A stretch of DNA of 64,000 bases from Candidatus Krumholzibacteriia bacterium. GTDB lineage: Bacteria; Krumholzibacteriota; Krumholzibacteriia; LZORAL124-64-63. Position 1 is the stretch's first letter. Each line of letters starts with the position of its first letter. Both the position numbers and the translations under genes were made by a program. Under the pieces are notes generated by a model. It did no database searches. It saw nothing but the letters and a program-made list of their open reading frames with translations, and was not told the origin of the DNA. Location: the NCBI GenBank assembly GCA_050174015.1, contig JBFXKG010000004.1, forward strand, positions 32,001-96,000, written 5' to 3'. Shown here one piece after another: positions 28,276 to 37,520 of the stretch.

Positions 28276-29085
28276 TCAGGGCAGCGTCCCGTAGACCCTC
28301 ACGTAGTCGACGAGCATGGTCTGGGGAAAGACGGTGGTCTCGTCGGGGTTGCCGGGCCAGCGTCCGCCCACGGCGACGTTCAGCAGGACGAAGAAGGGAT
28401 GGTCGTAGACCCAGGTCGCCCCCGCGGGCATCTCCGCCCGCTTGACCGAGTGATAGGTGTAGCCGTCCACGGTCCAGACGATGGAGTCGGGGGTCCAGTC
28501 GACGGCGAACTCGTGGAAACCCAGGTTGAACCCGCCCTGGGAGATCTCGTGGCGGGAGCCGATGGCGTTGTTGCCGGAATGGCCCGGGCCGTGGATGGTG
28601 CCGTGGATGACCCGGGGCTCGTGGCCCCGGTACTCCATGACGTCGATCTCGCCGCAGGCGGGCCAGCCCACCTCGTCGATGTCGCGGCCCAGCATCCAGA
28701 AGGCGGGCCAGATGCCCTGGCCGACGGGCAGCTTGATGCGGGCCTCGAACCGGCCGTAGGCGCGCTCGAACAGGCCCTTGGTCTTGATGCGGCCCGAGGT
28801 GTAGGGCTGTCCTTCGTACTCCTGCTCCCGGGCCGTGATGGCCAGGTTGCCCTCGCCGTCCAGGCTGACGTTCTCGGCCAGATCCGTGTCCCATTCGAGC
28901 TGGGCGTTGCCCCAGCCGGTGCCCGTGTCGAACGCCCAGCGGCCGGGGTCGGGCAGTTGGCCGGCCGGGCCGTCGAACTCGTCCTGCCAGATCAGGCCGT
29001 ACTCGGGGGCCACGTCGTCCTCCTTGCAGCCCGCCGCGGCGAGGACCAGGGCGAGGCAGGCCAGCGCCGTGAATCTGCGCGTCAT
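28276..29085 (-). CDS. GH16 endo-beta-1,3-glucanase (laminarinase) lipoprotein
   Basis: Lipobox LAAAGC; WQDEFDG, YTSGRIKT, GIWPAFWMLG, GEIDVME, MLVDYVRVY. Confidence 0.93.
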   Translation of the reverse strand: MTRRFTALACLALVLAAAGCKEDDVAPEYGLIWQDEFDGPAGQLPDPGRWAFDTGTGWGNAQLEWDTDLAENVSLDGEGNLAITAREQEYEGQPYTSGRIKTKGLFERAYGRFEARIKLPVGQGIWPAFWMLGRDIDEVGWPACGEIDVMEYRGHEPRVIHGTIHGPGHSGNNAIGSRHEISQGGFNLGFHEFAVDWTPDSIVWTVDGYTYHSVKRAEMPAGATWVYDHPFFVLLNVAVGGRWPGNPDETTVFPQTMLVDYVRVYGTLP

Positions 29086-30344
29086 CGCTCGGTCTCCTCG
29101 ACGGCGGGGACGGGGATCTCCGGGAACAGCCGGGAGTCGCCGAGGCTCGCCTTCAGGACCAGGGTGGCCGCCCCGATGGCCACCGACTTCGGGCCCAGAT
29201 CGCTGATCACGATGTCGGCGGCGGCCATCGAGCTGATGAGGGTGCGGTTCTTCACCCGGTCACGCAGGGGATCGAGCAGCAGGTCGCCCAGCTTGACCAG
29301 GTCTCCGCCCAGCACGACCACCGACGGGTTCATGAGGTTCAGCAGGCCGGCCACGGCCGTGCCCAGATGCTTGGCGACCTCACCCACGACCTTCAGGGCC
29401 AGGGGATCTCCAGCCAGGGCGGCATCCTCGATCTCGTGGACGGTGAACGTCCGCCCCGCCAGGGCGCTGTCCGGGAATTCGGGCAACAGTTCGGCGGCGC
29501 GTTCCTGCAGGGCCTGCCCCCCGACCAGGGTGGCCAGGCAGCCGCGTAGGCCGCAGATGCAGCGCTTGCCCTGGGGATCGATGGCCAGATGGCCGATCTC
29601 CCCCGCGACGCCGGTGGCCCCCCGGTAGATCTCGCCGCCGATGATGTGCCCCGACCCCACGCCAGTGGCGACCTTGATGTAGGCCAGGTGGTCGACGCCG
29701 CCGCCCTGGCCCCACCAGTGCTCGGCCAGGGCGCCCAGGTTGGCGTCGTTGTCCACGAAGATGGGCACCCCGAACCGCTCGCCCAGACCCTCGAGGCCGT
29801 GGCGTCCCTCCCAGGCGGGCATGACCACCCTGGACAGGCCGTCGGGCCGAGAGGGATCCACCGGGCTGGGCACCGCGACGCCGATGCCCACCAGGGGGCG
29901 TCCCCCGGCGGGGGAGGATTCCAGGCAACGCGCACAGAGCTCGGCGATGAGGCGACGGGTCCCCACGGGATCCGACCGCACCGGATGACCCCGGGTCTCC
30001 CAGGCCAGCACGCGGCCCCGCAGGTCCGTCAGGGCGACGGCCACGTGGGCCCCGCCCATCTCCACTCCCAGGATGACGCAGGAATCGTCGCGGAATCCGA
30101 GCACGATGGGGCGGCGCCCCCCCCGGGAGGGCCCTTCGCCGATCTCGGACACCAGACCCAGGGGCAGGATCTCGCCCACCACCTCGGACACGGTGGACCG
30201 GGACAGGCCCGCCAGGCGGGCGATCTCCGCGCGGGAGATCCGCCGTTCGTTCCAGATCAGGCGCAGGACGGCATCCGCCAGGGGACGGGGATGATCGGGC
30301 GCCGAGCGTCTCAGGCCCTTCCAGATGGGATTCTCGTTGAACAA
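29082..30344 (-). CDS. ROK family transcriptional repressor
   Basis: N-terminal HTH ISRAEIARLAGLSRSTVS, GGRRP, DNDANLGALAE, GEIGH, CICGLRGCL. Confidence 0.93.
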   Translation of the reverse strand: MFNENPIWKGLRRSAPDHPRPLADAVLRLIWNERRISRAEIARLAGLSRSTVSEVVGEILPLGLVSEIGEGPSRGGRRPIVLGFRDDSCVILGVEMGGAHVAVALTDLRGRVLAWETRGHPVRSDPVGTRRLIAELCARCLESSPAGGRPLVGIGVAVPSPVDPSRPDGLSRVVMPAWEGRHGLEGLGERFGVPIFVDNDANLGALAEHWWGQGGGVDHLAYIKVATGVGSGHIIGGEIYRGATGVAGEIGHLAIDPQGKRCICGLRGCLATLVGGQALQERAAELLPEFPDSALAGRTFTVHEIEDAALAGDPLALKVVGEVAKHLGTAVAGLLNLMNPSVVVLGGDLVKLGDLLLDPLRDRVKNRTLISSMAAADIVISDLGPKSVAIGAATLVLKASLGDSRLFPEIPVPAVEETER

Positions 30345-30401
30345 CGGTCGACCTCTCGCTCGCCCGGACAGGATCTCACACCATCGACACAGGCCCCAAT
30401 A

Positions 30402-31802
30402 CTATTGGCGCCAGTACAGGTTGTCCACCAGGACGAGCTGGGCGCTGTCGGTGCTCAGCACCAGCTGGCCGATGTGGGCCCAGGGGTCGGCGACCGGCGG
30501 CTGGAACGCGAAGTCGTCCAGGGGGATGTCCAGGGACGACCAGCCGCCGCTGTTGAATGCCGGCGTGGTGGTCGCATCGAACTCCAGTTCGGTCTGGCCT
30601 CGGAAGAGCCCCGTGTCGCTGAAGGTCACGAACTTGACCCGGAATTCCGTCCCCACCGGGGCGTAGACGTCCAGGTGGAAGTGGGTCATGGCCGAGGCGT
30701 CGATCATGGGATCGGAGAACACGATGCCAACGAAGTTGAGCGTCGAGTACATGCGCGTGCTGTTGCCGTCCACGGCGAAGAGTTCGTCCTGGGTGGTGGA
30801 GTACTGCCAGTGGGGGTTCCAGCTCTCCACGGCGACGTCGTTGTAGGCGTCGCTGAAGAGGGAGATCACCTGGTTGGCCGGATGGGTGGGGGTCGGTGCA
30901 GGGCCGGCGGGCGCCTGGAAACCGGACACGACCACCTCGCCGTCCACCTCGACGTCGCCGAGCAGGGCCGTCACCGTGGCGTCGCCCACGCCGATCACCT
31001 CGACACCCCGCCGGGTGACCCGGGCCACCGCGGGGTCGGAGGACCGGAAGTCGAAATACCCCGGCATGTGGTTGACGGTCACCGGAGCCCCGTCGACGTC
31101 GAACACGGTGGAGGTGCCCGAGAGGTTCACCACCGAGCCGATGAAGTACTGCTTGTTGCTCGAGGGCATGGCGGGCCGCGGGTTCGTGATGTTGCCCAGC
31201 TTCGCGAACCGGATCTCGTCGAACCAGAGGTTGTAGCCGGCGGGGAACTGGGCTTCGCGCCCCTCGGCGAAGGTGAACATGCCGCGCTCGGAAAGCAGCT
31301 TGGCGGGATTGGGAACGGGAACGACCACGAACTTCCAGCCGGCGTTGAGGGCCACGTTCGCGCGTCCTGCCGAGAACAGCGACGTGCCGGTGTTGTCGTT
31401 GCCGAAGCCCAGCTCGTTCATGGTGACGTTCTGGTCGGCCCGGGCGTAGAAGGTCAGCGCGTTGTAGTCGGCCAGATCGCGGGGCGCCCCGGTGGTGAGC
31501 ACGCCGCCGGAATAGGTTCCCAGCGCCGCGCCGTCGGGCGCCACCCGGACCTTCAGGGAGCGCGCGCCGTCCTGGGCCTGCCCGCCGTAGGCGAAGACCG
31601 AATCCCGGCTCACCGACCAGATGTCGGTCTGCGAGAACGCCTGGAAGTAGACCCCGTCGCCGTACCCGTCGGCGAAGACCACCGGGTCCGTGTTGCCCCG
31701 GCCCATGGGCAAGCCGGTGGGGTCGTGGTCGCTGCATCCGGCGGAAAGGATCAGGGGCAGGATCGCCGCGACGGCGAACAGGTGGCGTCGGTTCAGGTTC
31801 AC
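30402..31802 (-). CDS. Lipoprotein with CBM-like and Ig-like (Big_2) domains, putative surface glycan-binding protein
   Basis: GGAGG RBS + GTG; lipobox LSAGC; ALTFYARA/LWFDEIRF and FHLDVY/VLVDNLYW beta-sandwiches; SSDPAVARV Big_2 motif. Confidence 0.75.
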   Translation of the reverse strand: MNLNRRHLFAVAAILPLILSAGCSDHDPTGLPMGRGNTDPVVFADGYGDGVYFQAFSQTDIWSVSRDSVFAYGGQAQDGARSLKVRVAPDGAALGTYSGGVLTTGAPRDLADYNALTFYARADQNVTMNELGFGNDNTGTSLFSAGRANVALNAGWKFVVVPVPNPAKLLSERGMFTFAEGREAQFPAGYNLWFDEIRFAKLGNITNPRPAMPSSNKQYFIGSVVNLSGTSTVFDVDGAPVTVNHMPGYFDFRSSDPAVARVTRRGVEVIGVGDATVTALLGDVEVDGEVVVSGFQAPAGPAPTPTHPANQVISLFSDAYNDVAVESWNPHWQYSTTQDELFAVDGNSTRMYSTLNFVGIVFSDPMIDASAMTHFHLDVYAPVGTEFRVKFVTFSDTGLFRGQTELEFDATTTPAFNSGGWSSLDIPLDDFAFQPPVADPWAHIGQLVLSTDSAQLVLVDNLYWRQ

Positions 31803-31856
31803 GTCATGCGCCTCCGGGATGGGTCCGGGCGGGGCAACGGGGCCCCGAATGCCGCG

Positions 31857-31913
31857 GGGCATACTTTGTGCGGCGTCCGATCAAAGTATGCCCCAGCAAG
31901 GGGACCCTGTCAA
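31857..31913 (-). promoter_or_regulatory. Sigma70 promoter of the lipoprotein-ROK-GH16 operon with ROK-type operator, copy 3
   Basis: Minus-strand TTGACA (31908-31913), 17 bp, CATACT (31885-31890); ACTTTGTGCGGCGTCCGATCAAAGT at 31863-31887 within a 13-bp perfect inverted repeat GGGGCATACTTTG/CAAAGTATGCCCC. Confidence 0.75.
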
Positions 31914-31949
31914 GGTGGGTAAGCGGGTTCCGATCCAGGCCGGAGGAAA

Positions 31950-34595
31950 TCAGCCGGCCTGCTCCGCGGCCCTGTCTTCGGCCCCGGGACCAGCCGCCGC
32001 AGAAGCCGTCATGACGAACCCCGCAGCGGTGGTGTCCAGGGTCACGGTGCTCTCGGGATGCACCTCGCCGGCGAGGATCAGGTCCGCCAGGCGGTCCTGC
32101 ACCTCGCGCTGGATGACGCGCTTGATGGGCCGCGCCCCGAAGCGCGGGTCGAAACCCAGCTCCGCCAGGCGGGCGACGGCGGCGTCGGTGGCCGTCAGGG
32201 TCACGTCCTGGTCCGCGAGGCTCTTGCCCACCTTCGCCAGTTCGAGCCGAACGATGGTGGCGATCATGTCCCGGCCCAGGGCGCTGAACCGCACGATCCC
32301 GTCCAGCCGGTTCAGGAACTCGGGCCGGAAGTGGCCGTGCAGCCCCTCGAGGATGCGGTTCTCCCGCTCGATCCTCTCCTGCTCCGTCTCGTCGCGGCGG
32401 ACGGGGATCTCGTACTCGGGCCCCTGGCACAGGTTGCTGGTCATGATGACCAGGGTGTTGGTGAAGTTCACCACGCGGCCCTTGCCGTCGGTGAGCCGGC
32501 CGTCGTCCAGCAGCTGCAGCAGCACGTTCATCACCTCGGGGTGGGCCTTCTCCACCTCGTCCAGCAGGATCACGCTGTAGGGATGGCGGCGTACGGCCTC
32601 GGTCAGCTGCCCGCCCGACTCGTAGCCGACATAACCCGGAGGCGCGCCGATCATCCGCGCCACCGCGTGGCGCTCCATGTATTCGGACATGTCCAGCCGC
32701 ACCAGATGCGTGTCGTCGCCGAACAGCTGCTCGGTGACGGCCTTCGCCAGCTCGGTCTTGCCCACGCCCGTGGGTCCCAGGAACAGGAACGAGCCCAGCG
32801 GCCGCCGGCGGTCGGTCAGACCCGCGCGCGAACGCCGGATGGTCCGCGCCACCTTGGCGACCGCCTCGTCCTGGCCGACCACGCGTTCGGTGATGCGCTG
32901 CTCGAGCTCGCGCAGCTTGGCCATCTCGTCCTCCACCAGGCGCTGCGCGGGGATCCCGGTCCAGCGAGCCACCAGCTCGGCGATGTCGTTCTCCTGGACC
33001 TCCTCCTTCAGCAGCGGCTGCTCGCCCTGGATGCGGGCCAGCTCGGCGTAGGCCTGCCTGATCTGCTTCTCCAGGCCCGTCTGGCCGCTGTACTTCAGCT
33101 CGCTGGCGCGGGCCAGGTCGCCGCGGCGTTCGGCAGCTTCCATCTCCAGCTGCAGGTTCTCCTGCTGCTTCTGCAGGGCGCGGATGGCGTCGATGGCCTC
33201 GCGCTCCTGCTCCCAGCGCGCCTTGACCTGGCCCAGGTCGTCGTTCAGCTCGGCGATCTGGTGGTCGATGGCCTCGCGCCTCGCCACCGCGGACTTGTCC
33301 TTCTCCTTCTCCAGGGCCAGGCGCTCCATCTCCAGCTGGTTGAGCTGGCGCTGCAGGTCGTCCACCTCGCCCGGCACCGAGTCGATCTCCATGCGCAGGC
33401 GGCTGGCGGCCTCGTCCATCAGGTCGATGGCCTTGTCCGGCAGCATGCGGTCGGGGATGTACCGCTGCGACAGCTTCACCGCCGCGACGATCGCCCCGTC
33501 GGTGATGCGGATGCCGTGATGCACCTCGTAGCGTTCCTTCAGGCCGCGCAGGATGGCCACGGCCTGCTCCCACGAGGGTTCCTCGACCATCACCGGCTGG
33601 AACCGCCGTTCGAGCGCCGGGTCCTTTTCGATGTGCTGGCGGTACTCGTCGATGGTGGTCGCGCCCACGCAGTGCAGCTCGCCGCGGGCCAGCGCCGGCT
33701 TGAGGATGTTGCTGGCGTCCATGGCGCCGCTGGTCGCACCCGCCCCCACGAGGGTGTGCATCTCGTCGATGAACAGCAGGACCTCGCCCTCCTGTTCGGT
33801 GACCTCCTTGATGACCTTCTTCAAACGATCCTCGAACTCCCCGCGGTACTTGGTGCCGGCGATGAGCGCGCCCATGTCCAGCGCGAGTACGCGCTTGCCC
33901 TTCAGGCCCTCGGGCACGTCCCCCTCGACCAGGCGGCGCGCCAGGCCCTCGACCACCGCGGTCTTGCCCACGCCGGGCGAGCCGATGAGCACCGGGTTGT
34001 TCTTGGTGCGGCGGCTGAGGATCTGGATGGTCCTGCGGATCTCCTCGTCGCGGCCGATGATCGGATCGATCTTCCCCTCGCGGACGGCCGCGCACAGGTC
34101 CCGGGCGTACTGCTCGAGGGCCGAACCCTTGCCGCCCCCCACGCCCGATTCGTCGTCGCCCTGGTAGGCCCCGGTCGCCCCGGCCGCTTCCAGCGCCCGG
34201 GCCATCTTCGCCGCGGTGACGTCGAAGGTCTTCAGCACCCTGCCCGCCCGGCCGGTGTCCGCCGCCAGCCCCAGCAGCAGCTCGCGGGTCCCGACCATCC
34301 CGCCGCCCTTCTTGGCCAGGCTCTCGGCTTCCAGGAAAAGCTTCTGGAGCTCGCGGCTGGGGCCGGGCACGTCCTGGCTGGCCACCGTCGGCAGCGACTG
34401 CAGCTCCTGCTCGCAGGTGCGTGCGACCAGGCCGGGATCGAGTTCCATCCCCCTGAGGGTGTTGGTGGCCAGACCGGTCTCGCTGAGCAGGGCCCACAGC
34501 AGGTGCAGGGGCTCCAGCTCCGCGTGCTTGGATTCATATGCCCTGGACTGAGCTTTCTGGATGGCTTCCATGGCGTTCACGGTCAGGTTCTTCAT
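31950..34595 (-). CDS. clpB: ATP-dependent chaperone ClpB
   Basis: Two AAA+ modules ([16 protein letters not shown]), KYRGEFEDR, middle coiled-coil domain, [16 protein letters not shown]. Confidence 0.97.
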   Translation of the reverse strand: MKNLTVNAMEAIQKAQSRAYESKHAELEPLHLLWALLSETGLATNTLRGMELDPGLVARTCEQELQSLPTVASQDVPGPSRELQKLFLEAESLAKKGGGMVGTRELLLGLAADTGRAGRVLKTFDVTAAKMARALEAAGATGAYQGDDESGVGGGKGSALEQYARDLCAAVREGKIDPIIGRDEEIRRTIQILSRRTKNNPVLIGSPGVGKTAVVEGLARRLVEGDVPEGLKGKRVLALDMGALIAGTKYRGEFEDRLKKVIKEVTEQEGEVLLFIDEMHTLVGAGATSGAMDASNILKPALARGELHCVGATTIDEYRQHIEKDPALERRFQPVMVEEPSWEQAVAILRGLKERYEVHHGIRITDGAIVAAVKLSQRYIPDRMLPDKAIDLMDEAASRLRMEIDSVPGEVDDLQRQLNQLEMERLALEKEKDKSAVARREAIDHQIAELNDDLGQVKARWEQEREAIDAIRALQKQQENLQLEMEAAERRGDLARASELKYSGQTGLEKQIRQAYAELARIQGEQPLLKEEVQENDIAELVARWTGIPAQRLVEDEMAKLRELEQRITERVVGQDEAVAKVARTIRRSRAGLTDRRRPLGSFLFLGPTGVGKTELAKAVTEQLFGDDTHLVRLDMSEYMERHAVARMIGAPPGYVGYESGGQLTEAVRRHPYSVILLDEVEKAHPEVMNVLLQLLDDGRLTDGKGRVVNFTNTLVIMTSNLCQGPEYEIPVRRDETEQERIERENRILEGLHGHFRPEFLNRLDGIVRFSALGRDMIATIVRLELAKVGKSLADQDVTLTATDAAVARLAELGFDPRFGARPIKRVIQREVQDRLADLILAGEVHPESTVTLDTTAAGFVMTASAAAGPGAEDRAAEQAG

Positions 34596-34659
34596 CGGTG
34601 TTCCCCTTCGCTTTCGACTCTACCCCCCGGGGGGTGTTCGCTTTGTTCGGGGTGAGCCA

Positions 34660-34783
34660 TGCAGGGTGGATGCCAGAGCCAAAAAATTCACAATATGTTG
34701 CATTAAAACAACTTCCAAAAATCGTATTCGGTATACGATTCCAGCTCCTGCCAAAAACAGCCAAAATGACATGACAAAGTGTC
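34660..34783 (-). promoter_or_regulatory. Putative sigma54 promoter of clpB with IHF-like site and upstream activator repeats
   Basis: Minus-strand TGGCATCCACCCTGCA (GG-N10-GC) at 34660-34675; CAA-N4-TTG in an AT-rich tract near 34692-34703; GCCAAAATGACA/TGACAAAGTGTC repeats at 34749-34783. Confidence 0.5.
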
Positions 34784-34814
34784 TTGAAACGGATGATGGC
34801 GGGGACTGTCGGCC

Positions 34815-34991
34815 TCAATCACTGGAGACGGGGAGCTTGAGGGCCTTGCAGAGGTACTTCCTGGCCGAAGCGACCCGGCCGCAGGTTTTGCAGGCGAACT
34901 TGGGATCCCGGACGATGGGAAAGAGCTGGTCCATCTGCTTGTCGAAGGATCCCTTCTCCCACTTGCAGATTTCCTTCGGTTTCTTGCTCAT
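34815..34991 (-). CDS. Small 58-aa Cys/Lys-rich putative metal-binding protein
   Basis: Below the ORF cutoff; CAGGAG RBS; MSKKPKEICKWEKGSFDKQMDQLFPIVRDPKFACKTCGRVASARKYLCKALKLPVSSD. Confidence 0.75.
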   Translation of the reverse strand: MSKKPKEICKWEKGSFDKQMDQLFPIVRDPKFACKTCGRVASARKYLCKALKLPVSSD

Positions 34992-35045
34992 GGATCTCCT
35001 GTCCCTGGAATTCCGCCTGCCCCCCGCCCCATCGGACCGACTCCA

Positions 35046-35067
35046 TTGATAATGAGAATTTTGTCAA
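35046..35067. promoter_or_regulatory. Fur-like box overlapping a TTGACA element
   Basis: TTGATAATGAGAATTTTGTCAA: tandem GATAAT/GAGAAT hexamers, imperfect palindrome. Confidence 0.45.
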
Positions 35068-35157
35068 TCCACTAGGCCCGCGTGGAGGATTCACCAACCC
35101 GTTCTTATCTTTTTCCCGTTCAACGGCAGGAAGCCAGGCCCCAACAGGGATACGGCC

Positions 35158-37395
35158 ATGGACCAGGATGCCCCCGACCTCGACGTTGCGCCCGGCCCGC
35201 TCAATGCCGACATTGCCCCCGAGGAAGAGTCCATCAGCTCGGACCTTGGCGAAGGGGAACCCGTCGGCGTGGACAAGCCATCCCAGGACATCGACCTTTC
35301 CCGCCGGGAATCCCGGTACGTGAACCGGGAACTGGGGCTTCTCCGGTTCCAGTACCGGGTCCTCGAAGAGGCCATGGACCCCCGCAACCCCCTGCTGGAG
35401 CGGGTCAAGTTCCTGTCCATCGTCGGGTCGAACCTGGACGAGTTCTTCATGGTCCGGCTCGGGGGACTGGTCATGCAGCAGCGGGCCGGGATCGTCGATC
35501 TTTCCATCGACGGCAAGAGCCCCGCCGACCAGCTGGCCGCCATCCGGCCCGTGGCCGAGGACCTCATGCTCAAGGCCTCGGCCCACTGGCGCCAGGTCCT
35601 GAAACCCGCCCTGGCCGAGGCCGGCATCCAGGTCCTGGACTACCGGGAGCTGAACGAGAAGCAGCTCAAGCAGGTCGAGGCCTACTTCCTCAAGTCGATC
35701 TTCCCGGTCCTGACGCCCCAGGCCTTCGACCCCGGACATCCCTTCCCCCACATCTCCAACCTGAGCCTGAACCTCGCGGTGATGATCAGGGACGCCGAAG
35801 GCGAGGAGCACTTCGCCCGCATCAAGGTCCCTGCCATCCTGCCCCGACTGGTTCCCCTGAAGCGGTCCAGCGGCGGCCAGCGCAAGGACGGCACCGTTCC
35901 CCACAACCACCGGTTCGTCTGGCTGGAGCAGGTGATCACGGCCCACCTGGGGCACCTCTTCCCCGGGAACGAGATCCTTCAGGCGTATCCCTTCCACGTC
36001 ACCCGGAACGCGGACATCGCCATCCAGGAGCTGGAGGCGTCCGACCTCCTGGAGACCATGGCGGAGAACATCCACACGCGCCGGTTCAGCCCGGTCATCC
36101 GCCTGGCCGTCGAAAAGGGGCCGTCCAAGGAAGGCCGCAAGGTCCTGGTCCAGAACCTCGAGGTCAACCGCAACGACATCTACGATCTGCCCTCGCCCCT
36201 GGCCCTGAGCCATCTCATGCAGCTCTACGACGTCGACCGCTACGACCTCAAGGACAAGCCCACCAAGCCGCGCCTCCCGGCGGCCCTGCGCCCGGAGGCG
36301 CCGGACGCCGACATCTTCGACGCGATCAGGGCGGGCGACATCCTCCTCCACCATCCCTATGAATCGTTCGATCCGGTGATCGACTTCCTGAAGACCGCCG
36401 CCCGCGACCCGGACGTCCTGGCCATCAAGCAGACGCTCTACCGGGTCGGTCCGCAATCCCCGGTGGTCAAGTACCTGCTCGAGGCCCGCCGCGAGCACCG
36501 CAAGCAGGTCACGGTCCTGGTGGAGCTCAAGGCCCGCTTCGACGAGGAGAGCAACATCGGCTGGGCCAAGATGCTCGAACGGGAGGGCGTGCACGTCATC
36601 TACGGGATGGTGGGTCTGAAGACCCACGCCAAGACCCTGCTGGTGGTGCGCCGCGAGGGCAAGGATCTGCGCCGCTACCTGCACCTGGGGACCGGCAACT
36701 ACAATCACACCACGGCCCGCGTCTACGAGGACATCGGGATGTTCACGTGCGACGAGGACCTGGGCGCGGACCTGACGGACCTCTTCAACTACCTGACCGG
36801 CTATTCGGGGATCCGGAGCTTCCGCAAGCTGCTGGTGGCCCCCCTGAACATGAGGGAGCGGCTGCAGGAACTGATCAGCAGGGAGATCGACCACGCTCGC
36901 GAGGGGCGCGAAGCCCGTCTCGTCTTCAAGTGCAACTCCCTGGTGGACCGCCGGCTCATCGACCAGCTCTACGAGGCCTCCGAAGCGGGCGTCCAGGTCG
37001 ACCTGGTCATCCGGGGGCTGTGCTCCCTGCGGCCCGGGGTGCCCGGATTGAGCGGGAACATCCGCGTGCGCAGCATCGTCGGCCGGTTCCTCGAGCACAG
37101 CCGGATCTACTACTTCCACAACGGCGGCCAGGGCGAGGTCTTCCTCGGCAGCGCGGACCTGATGACCCGCAACATCGACCACCGGGTCGAGACGCTGTTT
37201 CCCGTCCGGGCCGAACCGCTCGTCCAGCGCCTGCGGGACCAGGTCCTGCAGACCTACCTGGACGACAACACCCGGGCCTGGACGATGAGGACCGACGACG
37301 GCTACGACCGGGTGAAGGCGGCGCCGGACGCCCCGGGCGTCGACGTCCAGGACATCCTCCTGGGCGGCCTGAACCCCGCCGCGGGTCCGGCCTGA
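35158..37395 (+). CDS. ppk1: Polyphosphate kinase 1
   Basis: NRELGLLRFQYRVL, SNLDEFFMVR, HPFPHISNLS, LHHPYESF, ELKARFDEESN, KTHAK, GTGNYN, RFLEHSR, GSADLMTRN. Confidence 0.97.
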   Translation: MDQDAPDLDVAPGPLNADIAPEEESISSDLGEGEPVGVDKPSQDIDLSRRESRYVNRELGLLRFQYRVLEEAMDPRNPLLERVKFLSIVGSNLDEFFMVRLGGLVMQQRAGIVDLSIDGKSPADQLAAIRPVAEDLMLKASAHWRQVLKPALAEAGIQVLDYRELNEKQLKQVEAYFLKSIFPVLTPQAFDPGHPFPHISNLSLNLAVMIRDAEGEEHFARIKVPAILPRLVPLKRSSGGQRKDGTVPHNHRFVWLEQVITAHLGHLFPGNEILQAYPFHVTRNADIAIQELEASDLLETMAENIHTRRFSPVIRLAVEKGPSKEGRKVLVQNLEVNRNDIYDLPSPLALSHLMQLYDVDRYDLKDKPTKPRLPAALRPEAPDADIFDAIRAGDILLHHPYESFDPVIDFLKTAARDPDVLAIKQTLYRVGPQSPVVKYLLEARREHRKQVTVLVELKARFDEESNIGWAKMLEREGVHVIYGMVGLKTHAKTLLVVRREGKDLRRYLHLGTGNYNHTTARVYEDIGMFTCDEDLGADLTDLFNYLTGYSGIRSFRKLLVAPLNMRERLQELISREIDHAREGREARLVFKCNSLVDRRLIDQLYEASEAGVQVDLVIRGLCSLRPGVPGLSGNIRVRSIVGRFLEHSRIYYFHNGGQGEVFLGSADLMTRNIDHRVETLFPVRAEPLVQRLRDQVLQTYLDDNTRAWTMRTDDGYDRVKAAPDAPGVDVQDILLGGLNPAAGPA

Positions 37396-37520
37396 TGCGC
37401 ACCCTCTGCTACCTGCGCCACGGCCAGGCCGACCGCTCGCAGTACACCGGCAAGGACGACGCCCTGCGCCCCCTTACCGGAAGGGGGCCGCTGCGGGCTC
37501 ATTCTTCCTGGGAAGCCTGA
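37395..37520 (+). pseudogene. sixA: Truncated SixA-like phosphohistidine phosphatase (N-terminal ~30 aa)
   Basis: TGATG-coupled to ppk1; MRTLCYLRHGQA...DDALRPLTGRG (RHG and RPLTxRG motifs), then runs into the pfk 3' end. Confidence 0.75.

Noticed and set aside
34621..34636. TACCCCCCGGGGGGTG resembling a CsoR/RcnR operator before clpB
   Set aside because: Single copy, no csoR or metal-efflux gene nearby; may be a simple leader hairpin
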